From NCBI GenBank assembly GCA_003971905.1, contig RSEE01000001.1, forward strand, positions 744,001 through 808,000: a stretch of DNA of 64,000 bases. The letters are read 5' to 3'. This document shows, one piece after another, positions 38,798-51,612 of this stretch (position 1 is its first letter; each line of letters starts with the position of its first letter). The notes under the pieces were generated by a model. That model saw nothing but the letters and a program-made list of their open reading frames with translations, ran no database searches and was not told where the DNA came from. The translations under genes were made by a program, and so were the position numbers. This DNA is from Moniliella sp. 'wahieum' (taxonomy: Eukaryota).

Positions 38798-39481
38798 ATG
38801 TCGGCTTCCGAGGTGCAGATTCGCCAAGTCACCGTGCAGAGCGAGGCGGGAGAGAGAAGCATTGATCGCTCACCATAGCCTTGGACACGTCTCCTGCTGA
38901 ACCTCAGGCCATCTCCATCTCAACTGGGAATGGGTTTTTGGAACACATGTTCACTACGCTCGCCAAACACGGCGGCATGTCCTTGATGCTCAAGTGCAAT
39001 GGTGACCCGTGAGTCGACGACCACCATACCGCGCTGAGGACTGTGCGATTGCCCTGGGCGATGCATTTCAGCAGGCGCTTGGTTCTGTGCGTGGCATTCC
39101 TCGATACGGCACTGGCTTGCCTCCCTCGACGTGTCCCTGTCGAGGGCTGTGCTGGACATTTCCCTGGTGCGGGCACTGCGTTCCCCGTTACCGATCTCCA
39201 CCTCCGGCGGGAAAGATTGGTGATCTGTCGACCGAAATGATCCCGCACGTATTTGCTTCGTTTGCTACAGCTGCCCATGTTACACTTGATTTGGACATTT
39301 TGCGTGGCGAGATTGGTCACTCACCGCGCCAAATCAGCCTTCAAGGTGCTTGCCCTGACCTTCAAACAGGCTACTGCTCGCACTGGATCGACCGATGTGC
39401 CTAGCCCAAAGGGTATGTTTATCTTCTTGCATCTTGTTCCTTTTCTGACCCTGTGCTGACACTTGGTCAGGTGCACGTTGA
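38798..39481 (+). pseudogene. HIS3: Imidazoleglycerol-phosphate dehydratase, degenerate copy
   Basis: STG.GFLEHM..LAKHGG, DDHHT.ED..IALG.AF.QALG, LSTEMIPH, SAFK.LA, DVPS.KG. In-frame TGA at 39010-39012, multiple indels, TLHVD->TLDLD and HHRAE->HHRAK. Confidence 0.8.
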
Positions 39482-39489
39482 ACTTGACA

Positions 39490-40917
39490 CGCCGACACCC
39501 TGAATTGCTTCGTGTCGTCGGGCGATCGGTTTACCTTGATGACGGATCCCCATGCCATCATCCACATACCCCATGCCGTCCCAGGCCGTCTCAGGCCGTA
39601 AAATGAGGGCTACTTCACCAGGGTCATATCGCCTGCACTGCAACTTATTCTTATTGTTCTTCACAAGAAATTGCCCCATGAGGAGAAATGCAAAGATAGC
39701 AAGGCCAAGAGGGAGTGGACCAGGAGAACCAATGACGGCAATGTGAAAGTGGGGTCATAAAGAAAATGCTCGAATGGAGATGGAGGTGGCGATGCGGAGG
39801 AGCGGTGCTCGGGTAGGCAGGGGAATGCCAACCCAAAGGCATCCCCTGCCATGCAAACATCAAATGATCGGTTTTGATCCGATAGGACCACTCGAAGTAG
39901 CTATTTTGGCCAGGAGGACAATCGAGGACAAGGCATATTGGGGAGCAGACATAAAGAGACACAAGCGAGGGTAACGCGAGGGCTGTTGGGCGTCCGGTTT
40001 TGGTTAGTGGAGGGAATTGGTAAAGCCCATGAGCAGGGGCCCAAAACGGATGCTAGATGCGGGTGAAGAGGCCAGCAAAGCGCACCGCATTGGAATCATA
40101 TCGAGGGGTGGGGTCCAAGGTTCATGGCAATCTCGAGTCGAAAATGGACAGTGAGGTCAGGGTTGAGGCCTAATGGAAAGGAGCGATCCTGGCAAGGCCT
40201 CTCGGTGGTCCTTGGGCCCAGAGAGGAAAGGATTTTCTTCGCCAATCCTAGGGGAAGGGGAAACGTTGTACGAAGACGGGGTGGAGGTAGGTGTGCTGAG
40301 CGGTGGGAGATCGTCTGGCTGGCAAAGGTAGACCAGGAGGTCCAGGTTGACCCAGCGCCGGGGGCTGAAGGACCAGAGTGCGCATCACCACGCACGGTAT
40401 GCACGCGGCAAAGGCACTCGTCCAGGCGGGCCAATGAGCTTGCGGTCACGCCGTCGGTTGGGTCGCGGGGAGGAAGCAGGGGGGAATGAAGAGGGGTGGG
40501 GGCACAGAGAGCACTGCGATGCAAACGCTTGCCGAGCGGCAGTGAAAAGGTAGGTTCAGGGGAAACTGCCATGGATGAGGCGCTGACGTCGTCCATATCA
40601 ACCTCGCCCAAACCGCGCTTGCGAGAGCGGACGGGATCGGGGGCAGGGGGAGTTGGAGGGGGGTCATGGATGATAGCAGGGGGGGAAAGACGCAGGAGCC
40701 GAAGTAGGGGGTCGCGACAGGGGTAGTGGCAGCAGAAGTAGGCGTAGGAGCAGAAGGAGCAGAAGCGCCACGGCCGCGGAGAGGCGCAGGGGCAGAAGAT
40801 ACGGGGTGACGAGCGAGCCCTGAGAGACGGCGGGGCGAGACAAGAGAGCAGCGTGTGGGAGGGTCGGGGAGAGCAGGTTGGTGCACCTGGCCGCTCGTCT
40901 TGGCGGGTGGGGGACAC
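39490..40917 (-). pseudogene. Decayed gene remnant, possibly Sts1/Cut8-like
   Basis: CCACC-GTG (Kozak-like context with GTG) at 40915-40917; RKRG..MAVSPEP..KR segment and KILSSL.PRTTE recall Sts1/Cut8. Reading frame is broken repeatedly. Confidence 0.3.
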
Positions 40918-40988
40918 GGTGGACGTGGACGTGATGGGAGGTAGTGTAGGTGAGCGTCACGCCGCTTTCAGTACTTGCGTCTGGGCGC

Positions 40989-41161
40989 TGACTAGTGACT
41001 AGTGACTAGTGACTACCTAGGTCACTTGCCATGCAGCGTGATGCATAAGTACGAGCCAGTGCAGGCTAGTGCCCAGCCGGAGCGCTGAGCCAGTCACACG
41101 CCACTAGTCACTTTCCCAGTGTGCCAGCCGGCCCTGGCGATGTGATCGATGATCGATGATC
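40989..41161. repeat. (ACTAGTG)n and (ATCGATG)n heptad arrays
   Basis: tgactagtgactagtgactagtgacta 40989-41015; gatcgatgatcgatgatc 41144-41161. Confidence 0.85.
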
Positions 41162-42959
41162 ATCCCCGAGATGATCGGTCGTCGCTGAGGCTGGGCGCTG
41201 ACGCTGGTCTTTCCCTGCGCCGGTAGAAGCCGCGTGGTGCAGCAGCCGCGGCGGGTAGCAGCGATGCGCTCGGAGTAACTAGCAGCGAGGAAGCGGACAA
41301 TTACGCCGTGTCGCACTGCCAAGTGCCGTTGGGCCATCGGTGCAATGGCATGGTCTGTGAGCAGATAGGGCCGTGTGAACAGGTCTGCGTTTCGTTTCGT
41401 TTGGCCTGTCGTCAATCGTTGCACTACTTCACTGGTCTCCCCACCTCCATCGACCCAGCGCAGGTGCTTAGCATGCAACATGCGCTCCTCGGCTCCAAAG
41501 CGCACTCCCATTCGACACTGAAGTTCAATACTCAGTGTACTCAGTGCTCAATGTGGGTGATGCATGATGTGACTCCTCCTCGATCATCGCAGCTCGGCGC
41601 TTGGAGCTTCTCTAGACCCTGTACAGCTATCTGTGCCACTGCTGCAACTGTGGCGCAGATATCCCCGCCAACGTCGAGATATCCCCACACGCCCGCTGTT
41701 GCAACACATGTGTTGGTTGCAAGTGAATCAGTTAACCATTGGTCATTAGTCATTGTCAACATCCAAGCAGCTTCTCTCCGCCTGCCTGGTCCACACCGTC
41801 GTTTGGTTTTGCATGGCCACACTTATGGTCAGCTGTTTCCGTTGTGCCTGCTCCTGGGCGGCCGCTGGGGGGTGAACGGAGTGAGCCTGGGTGAGTTCAT
41901 TCCGTCAAGCGTCACGCGTCACTATCGGCATTGTGGCATGTACCCATCCTCCCAACGACCCGTTATTTTACACACAACTACAGTGAGGCCCTTGTCTCTT
42001 TCCACTACCATTTGTCTGTTGGCCCGTCTTATTGACCGAGGATCAGATCGCAGAGAGAGGTCCAAGGCCAAATCCACGATGACGTACGCTGCAATGCGGA
42101 CACACGTTGGCGGCGAGCCAATGGAGCCTGTACTCTCTTCCAATTCCCCGAAGAGATGAGCGTAGGCGGGCGTGCGAACAGATACTCCCCAAGAGTCTCC
42201 TTCCGACCCCCAACAGATTGCACCCAATTTAAAACCTCTGGGACGGGCGCCCAGACTGGGAACGCCCATGTCAAGGGCCCCATAGCACGGCGCGAGTCTG
42301 ACATCACTCTTTTCTTCTTCCCCCATCCTTAGTCCGCGGGCTAGAGATATTAGATCCACAGATTCTGTCTTCTCTCTACGTCTGCATAGCAACTGCACTT
42401 TTGGGACGTTACTGCGGCAGATTGATCTCCACGCTCCAGCATGTTTGACATTTCCTATTGCGTTACGCATATATGCCCTTTTGGGTAATCCTGCACCCGT
42501 TTGCGAGCTTCTCTAACGTCTGCGCTTCTCCGCTCAAGCGTTTCAGCTGCAATGCCTTGCTTTGAATCTGGAACGTTTTGAACCCATCGAGCTCTCTTCA
42601 CTAGTCACTGCATTTCAGCTTCACAATCTTTCCATTTAATTGTAACCCTCCAATCTATAGAAGCTATGATTGAGTACAGTGAATTCTATGGGTATGCCAA
42701 TTTGCTTGCTGGGACATGTGGTTGTGGACCTGCCGCTTAGGCAGCGCTCAGCCTGAGCGCGCATGCAGCTTGCGCTACGCAAGCGCATCATGCAATCCAT
42801 CACAGATGCTTGTCATGACGACCCCGGCATTGATGTCTTGGCGATCGACTGTCTCGATGATCTCTCGGTGATCGCAATGGTTAATGTTCGAGAGCATCGG
42901 AGCGGCAGATGTGAATTTTGTGCGTGCGTGGGTATCTCACAGATGTGGCTACGACCAAC

Positions 42960-43400
42960 GTGAATAGTGACTATAGTCACATGTCACATCTAGTCACAGG
43001 AACTAGTGACTATTGATTGTCACAGTGGCCAGAAGTGACTAGTGACTAGTGCTAGTGAAGCTTGAAGCCAGTCAAGTATTATAGCGACTACAGTGAAGCT
43101 ATTTGAGCTTGAAAAGCTTGAAGCTTGAGGAGCGGTTAAGGAGAGTTCGAGAAGCTGGAACTTGGAGCTTGAAGCTGTAGTAGTTGTACGTTATCGATTA
43201 TCGACCTATGCCCCTGGTCCGCAGCATCTCAGCGCGCTGAGCCGCTTAGGCACTCCGAGGCCTCGAAGCTACCTAGCTGACGCGCTCATCCGGCTGAGGA
43301 GCCTAGTATAGTCCTCGCAGGCCATTTTTTGATGTTCAGCTTTTTAAATCACTGAAACGCCGAGGGTGCTCAGCGCGCTGAGGCTGAGGCGCTGATGGGC
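42960..43400. repeat. Serial patches of ACTAGT, AAGCTT, ATCGAT and GCTNAGC-type palindromic repeats
   Basis: agtgactagtgactagtg 43034-43051; aagcttgaagcttga 43114-43128; tatcgattatcga 43192-43204; ctcagcgcgctgag twice. Confidence 0.8.
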
Positions 43401-43514
43401 TCAGTCCGTCGCCCTTGAAACTTGAAGCGTAACCACCAGCGCTTTTAGCAACTCGACGCTTATTACCACCGTCTTGTGTGACCCTACATCCTCTCTTCCC
43501 ACCAGCTTCGCACC

Positions 43515-45018
43515 ATGGGCCAGGCCAACGGTCGCGAGGGTCGCAACCGCCTCATCCAACCGTAGCCGCAGCTCTCATGCCCGTCCCGCCAGCTCGATCT
43601 TTATCCCAAGTTCCAGCCCCAGTTCCTCCCCTGTGTCCCCCTCCCTTCCTCTCTCCCGCCCTCCCACGGACCCGATGGCCAGCGCACCTCCAATCTGAGA
43701 TCAGCTGGCCTGCCACTTTTGACTCTGGTCTTCTTGTGACGACTGGAGTGTATGCAAATACGATCCAGGACTACTCGCACGACATTGTCAAGACGCTCAT
43801 CTGTTCTCGCCGTCTTGCCCCGTTCTACCACGGTGTCGATGAGGTGGATGAACTGGCTGGCTGCTTTGCGGGGCGAGTAGTTCCGACTGAATGCCCTATC
43901 TGCATGCTCGTTTATCCTTCACCACTAAATCGTACACGTTGCTGTGCCCAGCACATCTGTACCGAATGTTTTGTCCAGTCCCGTCGTCCCGACCCATTCC
44001 AATCCATTCCGCCCACCAGCCCACCAGTGCCATGCCCCTTTTGCATGAAGGTCGACTTTGGGGTCATCTACAAACCGCCCCGTGCAGTCCTCGAAAACGT
44101 CTTGCTTCATGATCGTCCACCGGAAATTGGCCCAACCGGGCCTGTCCTTGTTCAAGATATGGATCCAATTCAACGTGGCCTTGATACTGCCAATCCGTAC
44201 GTGGTAACCGTCGATGAGATCCGCCCTATGTGGGAGGCACAGCTCGAGGCTGCCAAGGCTGCTCAAGCGCGTAAGGCAAACCCACGCATCGTTATGCGCA
44301 ACGTCGATGGCCACCTGGTACCCGTTGCCTTCAGGTCATCCCGCGTTAGTGCGTCTGCACCCTCCCGTTCGGATGGCGAGCGTGCCCCGGCTATGCGAAC
44401 GGACTCAGGATCAAGGGAGCTTCCTAGGCGGCCCAACTCCCGGCCGAGGGGGCGAGTCGCCCCGTCAGCAGGTGAACTGGAGCAGAGCATGCTGCTACAG
44501 GCCATTCGACAGTCTTTGCTTGATCATGACGAGGAGGAACGGAAGAGAGAAGAAGAACGTACGGACAGCACCGCCTCTCCCACGCCAGTCGAAATGGTAG
44601 ATCCAGCCCTTCGCAGAGGAAACCCCCCTTCCGCGCCCCGATCGCAGCCCACGCGAACTCTGGCTTGAGGGTGCCCGGACCGTTTCTTCACCTTCATCTG
44701 CTTCCAAGCCCGGTAAGGGAAACTATGACCGCAGGCTGCGCAATGCCAACACCACCCCTACTTTGCCAAGAGTCCTTTAAGCTGGCAACCCTCAGCGCAT
44801 CCTCTACCTCTACGAGGGCCAAAACCATCCCGTGCATTCCTACATCGGCCCTGAAGGTTATGATGTTCAACCAATCACCCTACCGATCCGTACCACTTGA
44901 CCCTGTATTTGAACGGGGTGTCCTCGTTGCGTTTGGGGAAGTATACACCATCCAGATCGATGGGGATGATGCTTTTGGTGTGCGATCCAGGCCACTACAT
45001 TATGACATTTACATCTGA
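43515..45018 (+). CDS. SIP5: Sip5-like RING/zinc-finger protein; C-terminus uncertain
   Basis: MG start; GVY...QDY...IV..LI..RRLAPFY.G, ECPIC.L.YP..LN.TRCC.Q.ICTECFVQ, CPFC...DFGVIY.PP, VTVDEIRP.WE, UIM-like LEQSMLLQAIRQSL. Confidence 0.85.
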
Positions 45019-45774
45019 ACCCTGCCACCTAACCCTGCGCGTTGCATCTCGCCCGTTCCATTCCTGAATGGTTTATCGTGTAATCCTCGTCATCAGTTTT
45101 CTCATCCGTCCAACCTGCGGGACTAAAGCAGAGGAGAAGGGGGGGACATATTTGCACTATTATGACCCTAGCATAAAACCGCTCTGATCTCCTGCCTCGG
45201 AGGTGTGTGGTCACGTTCCTTCTCACCTCCGCATCCGTGGTTTCGATCTCCCGCCCCTCTTCCCGCCTATTCCTCTCGACTCCTTAACACACTCCCCCTG
45301 ACCCCGCTTTCCCTCTGGGTCCATGCTTCTCATCCGCATCCTTCCATGAATGTCTTACCATCTTGTTTCGCTTTCTCCCGCGGCCTGTGTGCCACCATTC
45401 CATATGCTCATCAATGTACTTGTCAGGGGGTTTCCCCCGGCGCGTACGTAGTACCGCTCTATGTACGTTCCTGCAACCCGGGGCGCATTCCGTCTCCGCT
45501 CGGTTGGTGCGTTCTTGTCTGAGACTGCCTCTGGGCGATGGCGTGGAGGATCAGTTGCTGCAGTATACCGAGCAAGTAGCGCAACAGTAGGATGACTGGC
45601 TTTCTCCCCATCATCAGATAGTAAGCTACCCCAACGGGGCCCCTCGGCCTCGTTGCCACTACTGCGGGGACATGAACAGGTCTCAGGCTCTCCGGCTGAG
45701 GTCTCAGGAAACCCATGGCCCCAATGCCAGAATCAAACCCCTAGTTCTGGCCTATTTGCCACAGGGGCGCGTTC

Positions 45775-45950
45775 GACGTTCAACGTAACGTTAAACGTTA
45801 ACGCTAACGCGATAACGTTTAACGTTTAAGTGTTAACTGTGAACGTCACGCGTCAAGTGCCCAACGGCGATAATCGATAACGCGTAACGCGGAACGCGCA
45901 ACGGTTAAACGGAAAGCGTATAATAAGGTTTAACGTGTTTATACGTTTAT
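45775..45950. repeat. Degenerate AACGTT/GTTAAC/ACGCGT palindromic repeat patch
   Basis: aacgtaacgttaaacgttaacgctaacgcgataacgtttaacgtttaagtgttaac...gataatcgataacgcgtaacgcg. Confidence 0.85.
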
Positions 45951-47046
45951 CCATCTGATGCATTGCACAGTACTAGTACTGGTTCCTAGACGGACCAGCG
46001 CGGGGGCACGCTGGCGTTGAGACGCTGATGGCGCTGATGCACTGATGAGAGCATTAGGGTCGCGGCGCCGCCACCAAAGCCGAAGGAGGGTGAGCGGTCG
46101 AGTGGCGGCTGTAGGCCAAAGGCGATGATCGATGACATCTGAGATTGGCTGGCCGAGTCTCCTGACCGCCTGACCCTCCGGTCACCGCTGTCACCGGTCA
46201 CCAGCAGTCACGCACATGCATCATGCTACACGCTACCCCCCCAGTAATGGCCTGAGCGCCTGCAAAGAGCGCCTGAGCCCAATGCTTAGGAGCCGTTGAG
46301 CGAACATGCATGTTGCGCATCATGCTCATGTCGGTACGAGATGCGATCTGCCAACAGGCCATGCCGATCGGAGAAAGAATAGGCAGGAAACTGTGACACA
46401 ACAAAGTCAGTATGTAGAAAACTAGTGACTAGTGACTAGGATCGGCGGGAAGAGTGGTGAGAAGATTCCCCTGATTAGCTACGAGGACCGTGACAGAAAC
46501 GACAACGCGTTCAATATTCCATCTCCTGCTTCGGCGCCCAGGCCAAGACAGGCCCCCACGTGTGTTGTGCTAATCAACATGACACTTAAAGCTTAATTCA
46601 ATACCAGGGCATATACCTGCTATAGCACTGCTATATATCTTTCCGCACCAGCCGTCTGTACGTCCAATACGGCTTCCAAGTACCAAGTACTCAGACTGGG
46701 TTCTGAAAGAGTATACTGAGTACTGGTGGATATTCCCCTGCAGAGACGAGAGCGACTCTTACGAGCTCAGTATGGAATCCCCGTGTATGTGTGCCGCCTT
46801 TCCAGCGCCCCGCGAACTTCCCCACGGTTTGACCTGTGGATAGTGCATGTGCTTGGCCAAACTGGTCAGACAGTGGTCATCGGTCATCGGTCAGCGGTCA
46901 GCCGGGCAGCCGGGCAGAGGGGCAGACCTCAGCCTGAGACCAAAACTGCATATTCGTTTTTTAATGAGCGGATGCAGTGTTGGTGGAGAGCAGCAATTAA
47001 AACGTCAAACTGTGGAGCTACACAGACTCGTTGGGGCATCCTGCGC

Positions 47047-47384
47047 TGCATCATGCATCATGCATCACATGTGATGCGTGACACGTGAGGTGAGCAAGCC
47101 ATGCATACCATGCTCACCATCACCGATCACCAAAATCATTTGATCATCGGCCCAATCATCGATCATCGATCATCGCCAAGTCTGGGGCATCTGATCTCCG
47201 ATCTCCGATCTCCGATCTCAGAAAGTTCAACGTACTCTTCACCGTACTAACAACGCTCACGCCCAACACCAATGTGCTTTGCGCTCACCTCTAGCAGAGC
47301 TGCGCGCCCAAGCTCAACCGCCCAACCATCAACAGGAGTGTATAGGTGTGGGGCACCACGGAGCTTTTCAAGCTTCAAGCTTCA
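47047..47384. repeat. (ATGCATC)n, (ATCGATC)n, (GATCTCC)n and (AAGCTTC)n heptad arrays
   Basis: Direct reads at 47047-47067, 47155-47175, 47193-47219 and 47367-47384. Confidence 0.85.
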
Positions 47385-48731
47385 GGTCTCCGCCGCCGGC
47401 CCTCGGGCTTCAGCCTGAATGTGTTGGGACGCAGCGGAGAAGCAATACGATCGAAGACCACTGTTCGTTGCCACATCGTCCGCCCCCGCACCCCCCGCAG
47501 AGACAGGCGATTAAATAAGCAGCCGTTGGGGGGCACACCATTCGTTCGGCGGTCCCTGGCTGCGCTATCGCATATCGACGTCGAACACGTTCAACGTCCC
47601 ACCCTTCGCATAGCCGTCCGGCGTCAGCGTCATGACCGATGACTTGGACGACTTGATGAGCTTGATGGCCTGAGGGCCTGGGCGTGATGCCCGCGATCTG
47701 AGATGTGAGAAAGAACAGCACGCCCCATATCAAACGAGCACCAGGCGGGGCGGATGGGAGGAGCCTCGCATCAGAATCAGGCCGTGTGGGGACGAGGTGC
47801 TATGGGTGGGCAGACGGCGGACACCAGGCGGGCAGACGGCAGGCAGGGAGCATGCGAGCACTGCTGTGCCTCCATGTGGCGGCCACCCAGTGCACCCGAG
47901 CCTCGGCAGGCGGATGCACCCTCGCCATGCATCACGCGTCACCAAGGCGGCTGGGTGCGGTGACGGTGACGAGTTGACTGCGACGAGTGACTCCAGCGAC
48001 GAGTGACGAACGATGGTATAGGACGGCGACCCAGCAGGTCAGCCGGCAGGGGCGGCACTGGGGCGACGCAAGGCAGCCCCGCTGGCGTGTGTGATGCCAT
48101 GCCGATGGCGTGTCAGCTGAGGGCCACCCTCCCTCCAGGCAGCACCTGCAGCCGGAGCGCCAGAGCGCTCACTGCCCGCGGGCGTGTCGCCAGTGCGTCG
48201 CCTGCGTCGCCCTTGCTCGCCCTTGCTCGCCGCTCCAGACGGCGCCCCAGGCGCTGTCCGCCCGTCGTCCCAGTGGTGGTCGCCGTGGTCGTCCCCACGC
48301 GTAGGGGGCGCATGCGGGGTTTGAGTGCGGGCCGCCCCGTGGGGGACACTGGCGGGGTGCGTGCGGTGGCCAAGACACGTTCGGCCGCCGCGGGCTGGGG
48401 GGTGGCACAGCGCAGGCGCAGGACGGTGCTGTGCGGTACCTTGCAGCTGGCTGCGCCTGGCCGGCCGCAAGCGAACCCGCAGCCTGGGGGACACTGGCGC
48501 GGTGCTGCGGCGTTGGGCCCGCCGTGGCCTGCAGGCGGCATTGCGACTGGCAGACGCAGCTGCTGCTGCCGCGTGCCTGCCTGCTGTGTGCGGCCGGCCG
48601 CCTGCCGCTCTTTCCCGCCGCTCGGCCGGCCAGCAGCAGCGCCTGTCTGCGATAAAACTGCAACGCAGACCGCACTCAGCACACCGTCGCCCCTCCGTCC
48701 CACCACCACCACTCCCACCGCTCCCCGCGAC

Positions 48732-51612
48732 ATGGCCTCTGCCTCCGCCCCCGGCAGCACCTCCGCCTCCAGCAGAGATCTCCCCTCCCCACCGCCTCCA
48801 CCTCGCCCACCCGCACCTCACGCCCGCACCCGCCGCCCATCACTCAGCCGCCGTCAGCTCGTCCCTCAGCATCACCCCCCTTCTTCCCCGCCGCGCCTGG
48901 CCACCCGCCTAGCCGCGCTCATGCCCTTGCTTCCGCCACACCCACGGGCGCCTCCCCTTCCCCCAGCACCGTCGCCTTCCCCACCGCAGCGCAGCGGGCC
49001 AGCCGGACAAGTCCGTCGCCACCCCCTTCACGCCGCATCGCGCAAGGTGCTCGCTCTGAAAGCTGCTGCTGCACCAGGAGACGCTTCTGGTACTCTCCAG
49101 CTCGACCTCCACAACCTTCCGCCCCCCGAAGGCGTTGTCTCCAGGGATCGGTATGGTGGCCTTGCTTCGGCTTGCGCCGGCACCATCCGCAAAAAGTCGG
49201 GCGAAATAGTCAAGTCGTCGCTCAAATGGCGCCCAGCAAGCGCCCATCCTTCAATTTGCCCGGAGAATTTTGGCAGCCGCTTTGCTTCCCCCACCAAGCC
49301 CGAGGGATATACGAAAAGCATGCCTACCAGCCCGGTCGTCAAGGCTGTCCACTTCAATCACGATCTGGAACAGATCAAGGTCTTCCGCCATCGCTCCCGG
49401 CCCTCAGCTGTTAGTGCCACGACCAGTCCTGAGCACACCGAGACGGAAACTGAGACTGAGACTGAAGCTGGTGTGGCCTACCCTTACTTTGCCATGCTCC
49501 TTCCAATCACTTTTCCAACCGTCCAAGGAGGTCCCACGGGAAAGGCGATCCGTTGCGTGACGGCGGTGGCCGTGCACTGGCCAACAAATTGCGCTCGCTG
49601 GCATTGCCCAGCGGCTGGCAAAACGGTCTGGTTCTCCGTCTGCCAAACTTCCCTTCTTCGGCTCAGATTTCAGCCGACAGGCCCGTGTTCCTTGAGAGTG
49701 TTGTGCTATCGGACGATCTGCGCAGCATCAAAGGCACGGCCCAAGTAAAAAACATCGCGTTTGAAAAGTGGATTGCTGTCCGCTTCACAACAGACAATTG
49801 GGTCACCGTCAACGAAGTGGGAGGAACCTACCAGGAAACTATCAAGAATGGCCAAGCTGACCGGTTCAGCTTTTCTATCCGTCTCAACGAACTGCTGGAC
49901 TGGCCTGCTGGTCAGACCAATTCGGACACCAAGACCATGTCGCTCTGCTTGCGGTACACTACAGCTGGCCAGGAGTTTTGGGATAACAACCAAGGACAAA
50001 ACTATCAGCTCGACTTCCGCAAGCGCCCACCCCCATCCACACACCCAGCTTCTGCACCCTCTACCCCTCCGCACCGTGTGCCCGCTGCCGAGCGGGCGGC
50101 AGCGGCCGCCGCCCGTGCTAGCGCTCGTTGGTCCAATCCTCCCGCACCACACCCTACGGCGCTACCCCCGTTCTACACCGTTGGCACCGCACATTCGGGA
50201 GGACCAAGTTCCCCTTCTCTCTGGGGCGCACGGTACGACTTGCGCGATGCGCTTCGAAGTAGCACCAAGTCATCATCAAGTCCCTTGGTCCCTTCTCCGG
50301 ATGCGACTGATTACTTTTCCGGTGCCGCAAAAAAACCCTCGCCTGTCTCTAGCTCACCTGCCGTATCTCCTACTTCGTCCGAGAGGACTGTTGACCCCCT
50401 TGCAATTTTCGCCCCTGGCTCGGTTCCTACTTCGCCTCGTCTGCCCTCGGCGGTCACATCTGCCTCATCACTAGGACCTGATGTTGATGCTCCAGCTGGC
50501 ACACTAGGCACTCCACCCGAAATCCCCACATCCTTTAACAGTGTCCGGAGCTGGGGTTCTCGTCACTCGTCCCTTACCAAGCCTTCTGTACGTTGTCGTC
50601 TTCACATACTGCCACTCATTGTTCGGATCATTGACCTTTTACCCACTCATAGTCATTGGTTATGCGGAACAATCAAACTTCCATGTCCGCTCCGGATGCT
50701 TTGGCCGTTCCCATTCCTCACGCTCGTTCACCACCTACATCATCAAATTTCCCCCATTCGTTCTCGTCCACGGTGCAATCCCGTGATCGACCGTTCCCCA
50801 AGGATCTCATTCCGCCCCCGATCCACACCTCGCCCCCGATGCTGGCAGCCGCCACCGTTCCCTTGCTTAACGATGACAGCGGGTCGCCCGGGTCGACCCC
50901 GATGCTCTCGGGGGAGAGCAGTGAGGGAGATTCACCTTCCCCAGGTCCTGACCCGGCTTCGCCATCGCATAGCATTCTCTCGTTCGAGAGCTTCACTTCC
51001 TTGGTCTCTCCGATTTCTTCGCGAGACACCTCGCCCGGTGAAGTAGGGTCGAATCTGCCCTGTGTCCCCTGGTCCACTGGAGCCGATCCCCTGGAGCTGG
51101 ACCTGGGTTCGCCCCCGCTGGGAAAACATTTTTTCGCCTCGCGTGGTCGCACCCCTTCGCGCGCGAGTTCCCTCGACAGTCTAACGACCGTCTCTGTCGC
51201 CACCATTACCGAATCGGATGCGCCCCCCAACGCGACAGGGCCCCCTACACCTTGTGCCGGCGTTGTGACTGCCACCGTTCCCACCCCGCCTGTGTTGACG
51301 ACGTCTTTGCTGGGTGCGGAATATTGTTCGGGCGCCCACCCATCCGTCCCAAGCTCGGCCTCGACCACACGCACTGCCACACCAACCCCGAACCATCATG
51401 ATCTACTGCCGCCACTCTTGCGCCGAAGGGTGCGTTAAGCCTCAGTGATCTGGTTGAACGGTTTTGCTGGAACTCCGGGTCTCCAGAAACAAGCAGCCCC
51501 GGATGGACAGCGCCTCTGTCTCTGTCTACTTCGCCGGCACGTCGCCCAAACCCGCTCAAGAGCCTATGCTCATGGCTGAGTCGGCAGGTGCTGGTTTGGC
51601 TCGTGAGCATTA
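48732..51612 (+). CDS. PP1 glycogen-targeting subunit with a CBM21 domain (Gac1/Pig-like); end approximate
   Basis: IRKKSGEIVKSSLK, RVxF motif KAVHF, CBM21 VFLESV..GTAQVKNIAFEKWIAVRFTTDNW..DRFSF..RY...GQEFWDNNQGQNY; long Ser/Pro tail. Confidence 0.85.

Noticed and set aside
42030..42060. LTEDQIAE resembling the calmodulin N-terminus
   Set aside because: No EF-hand follows in any frame.
40989..47384. Heptad arrays as CRISPR repeats or cloning polylinker contamination
   Set aside because: No repeat-spacer structure or cas genes; the arrays are degenerate, dispersed and embedded in eukaryotic intergenic DNA.
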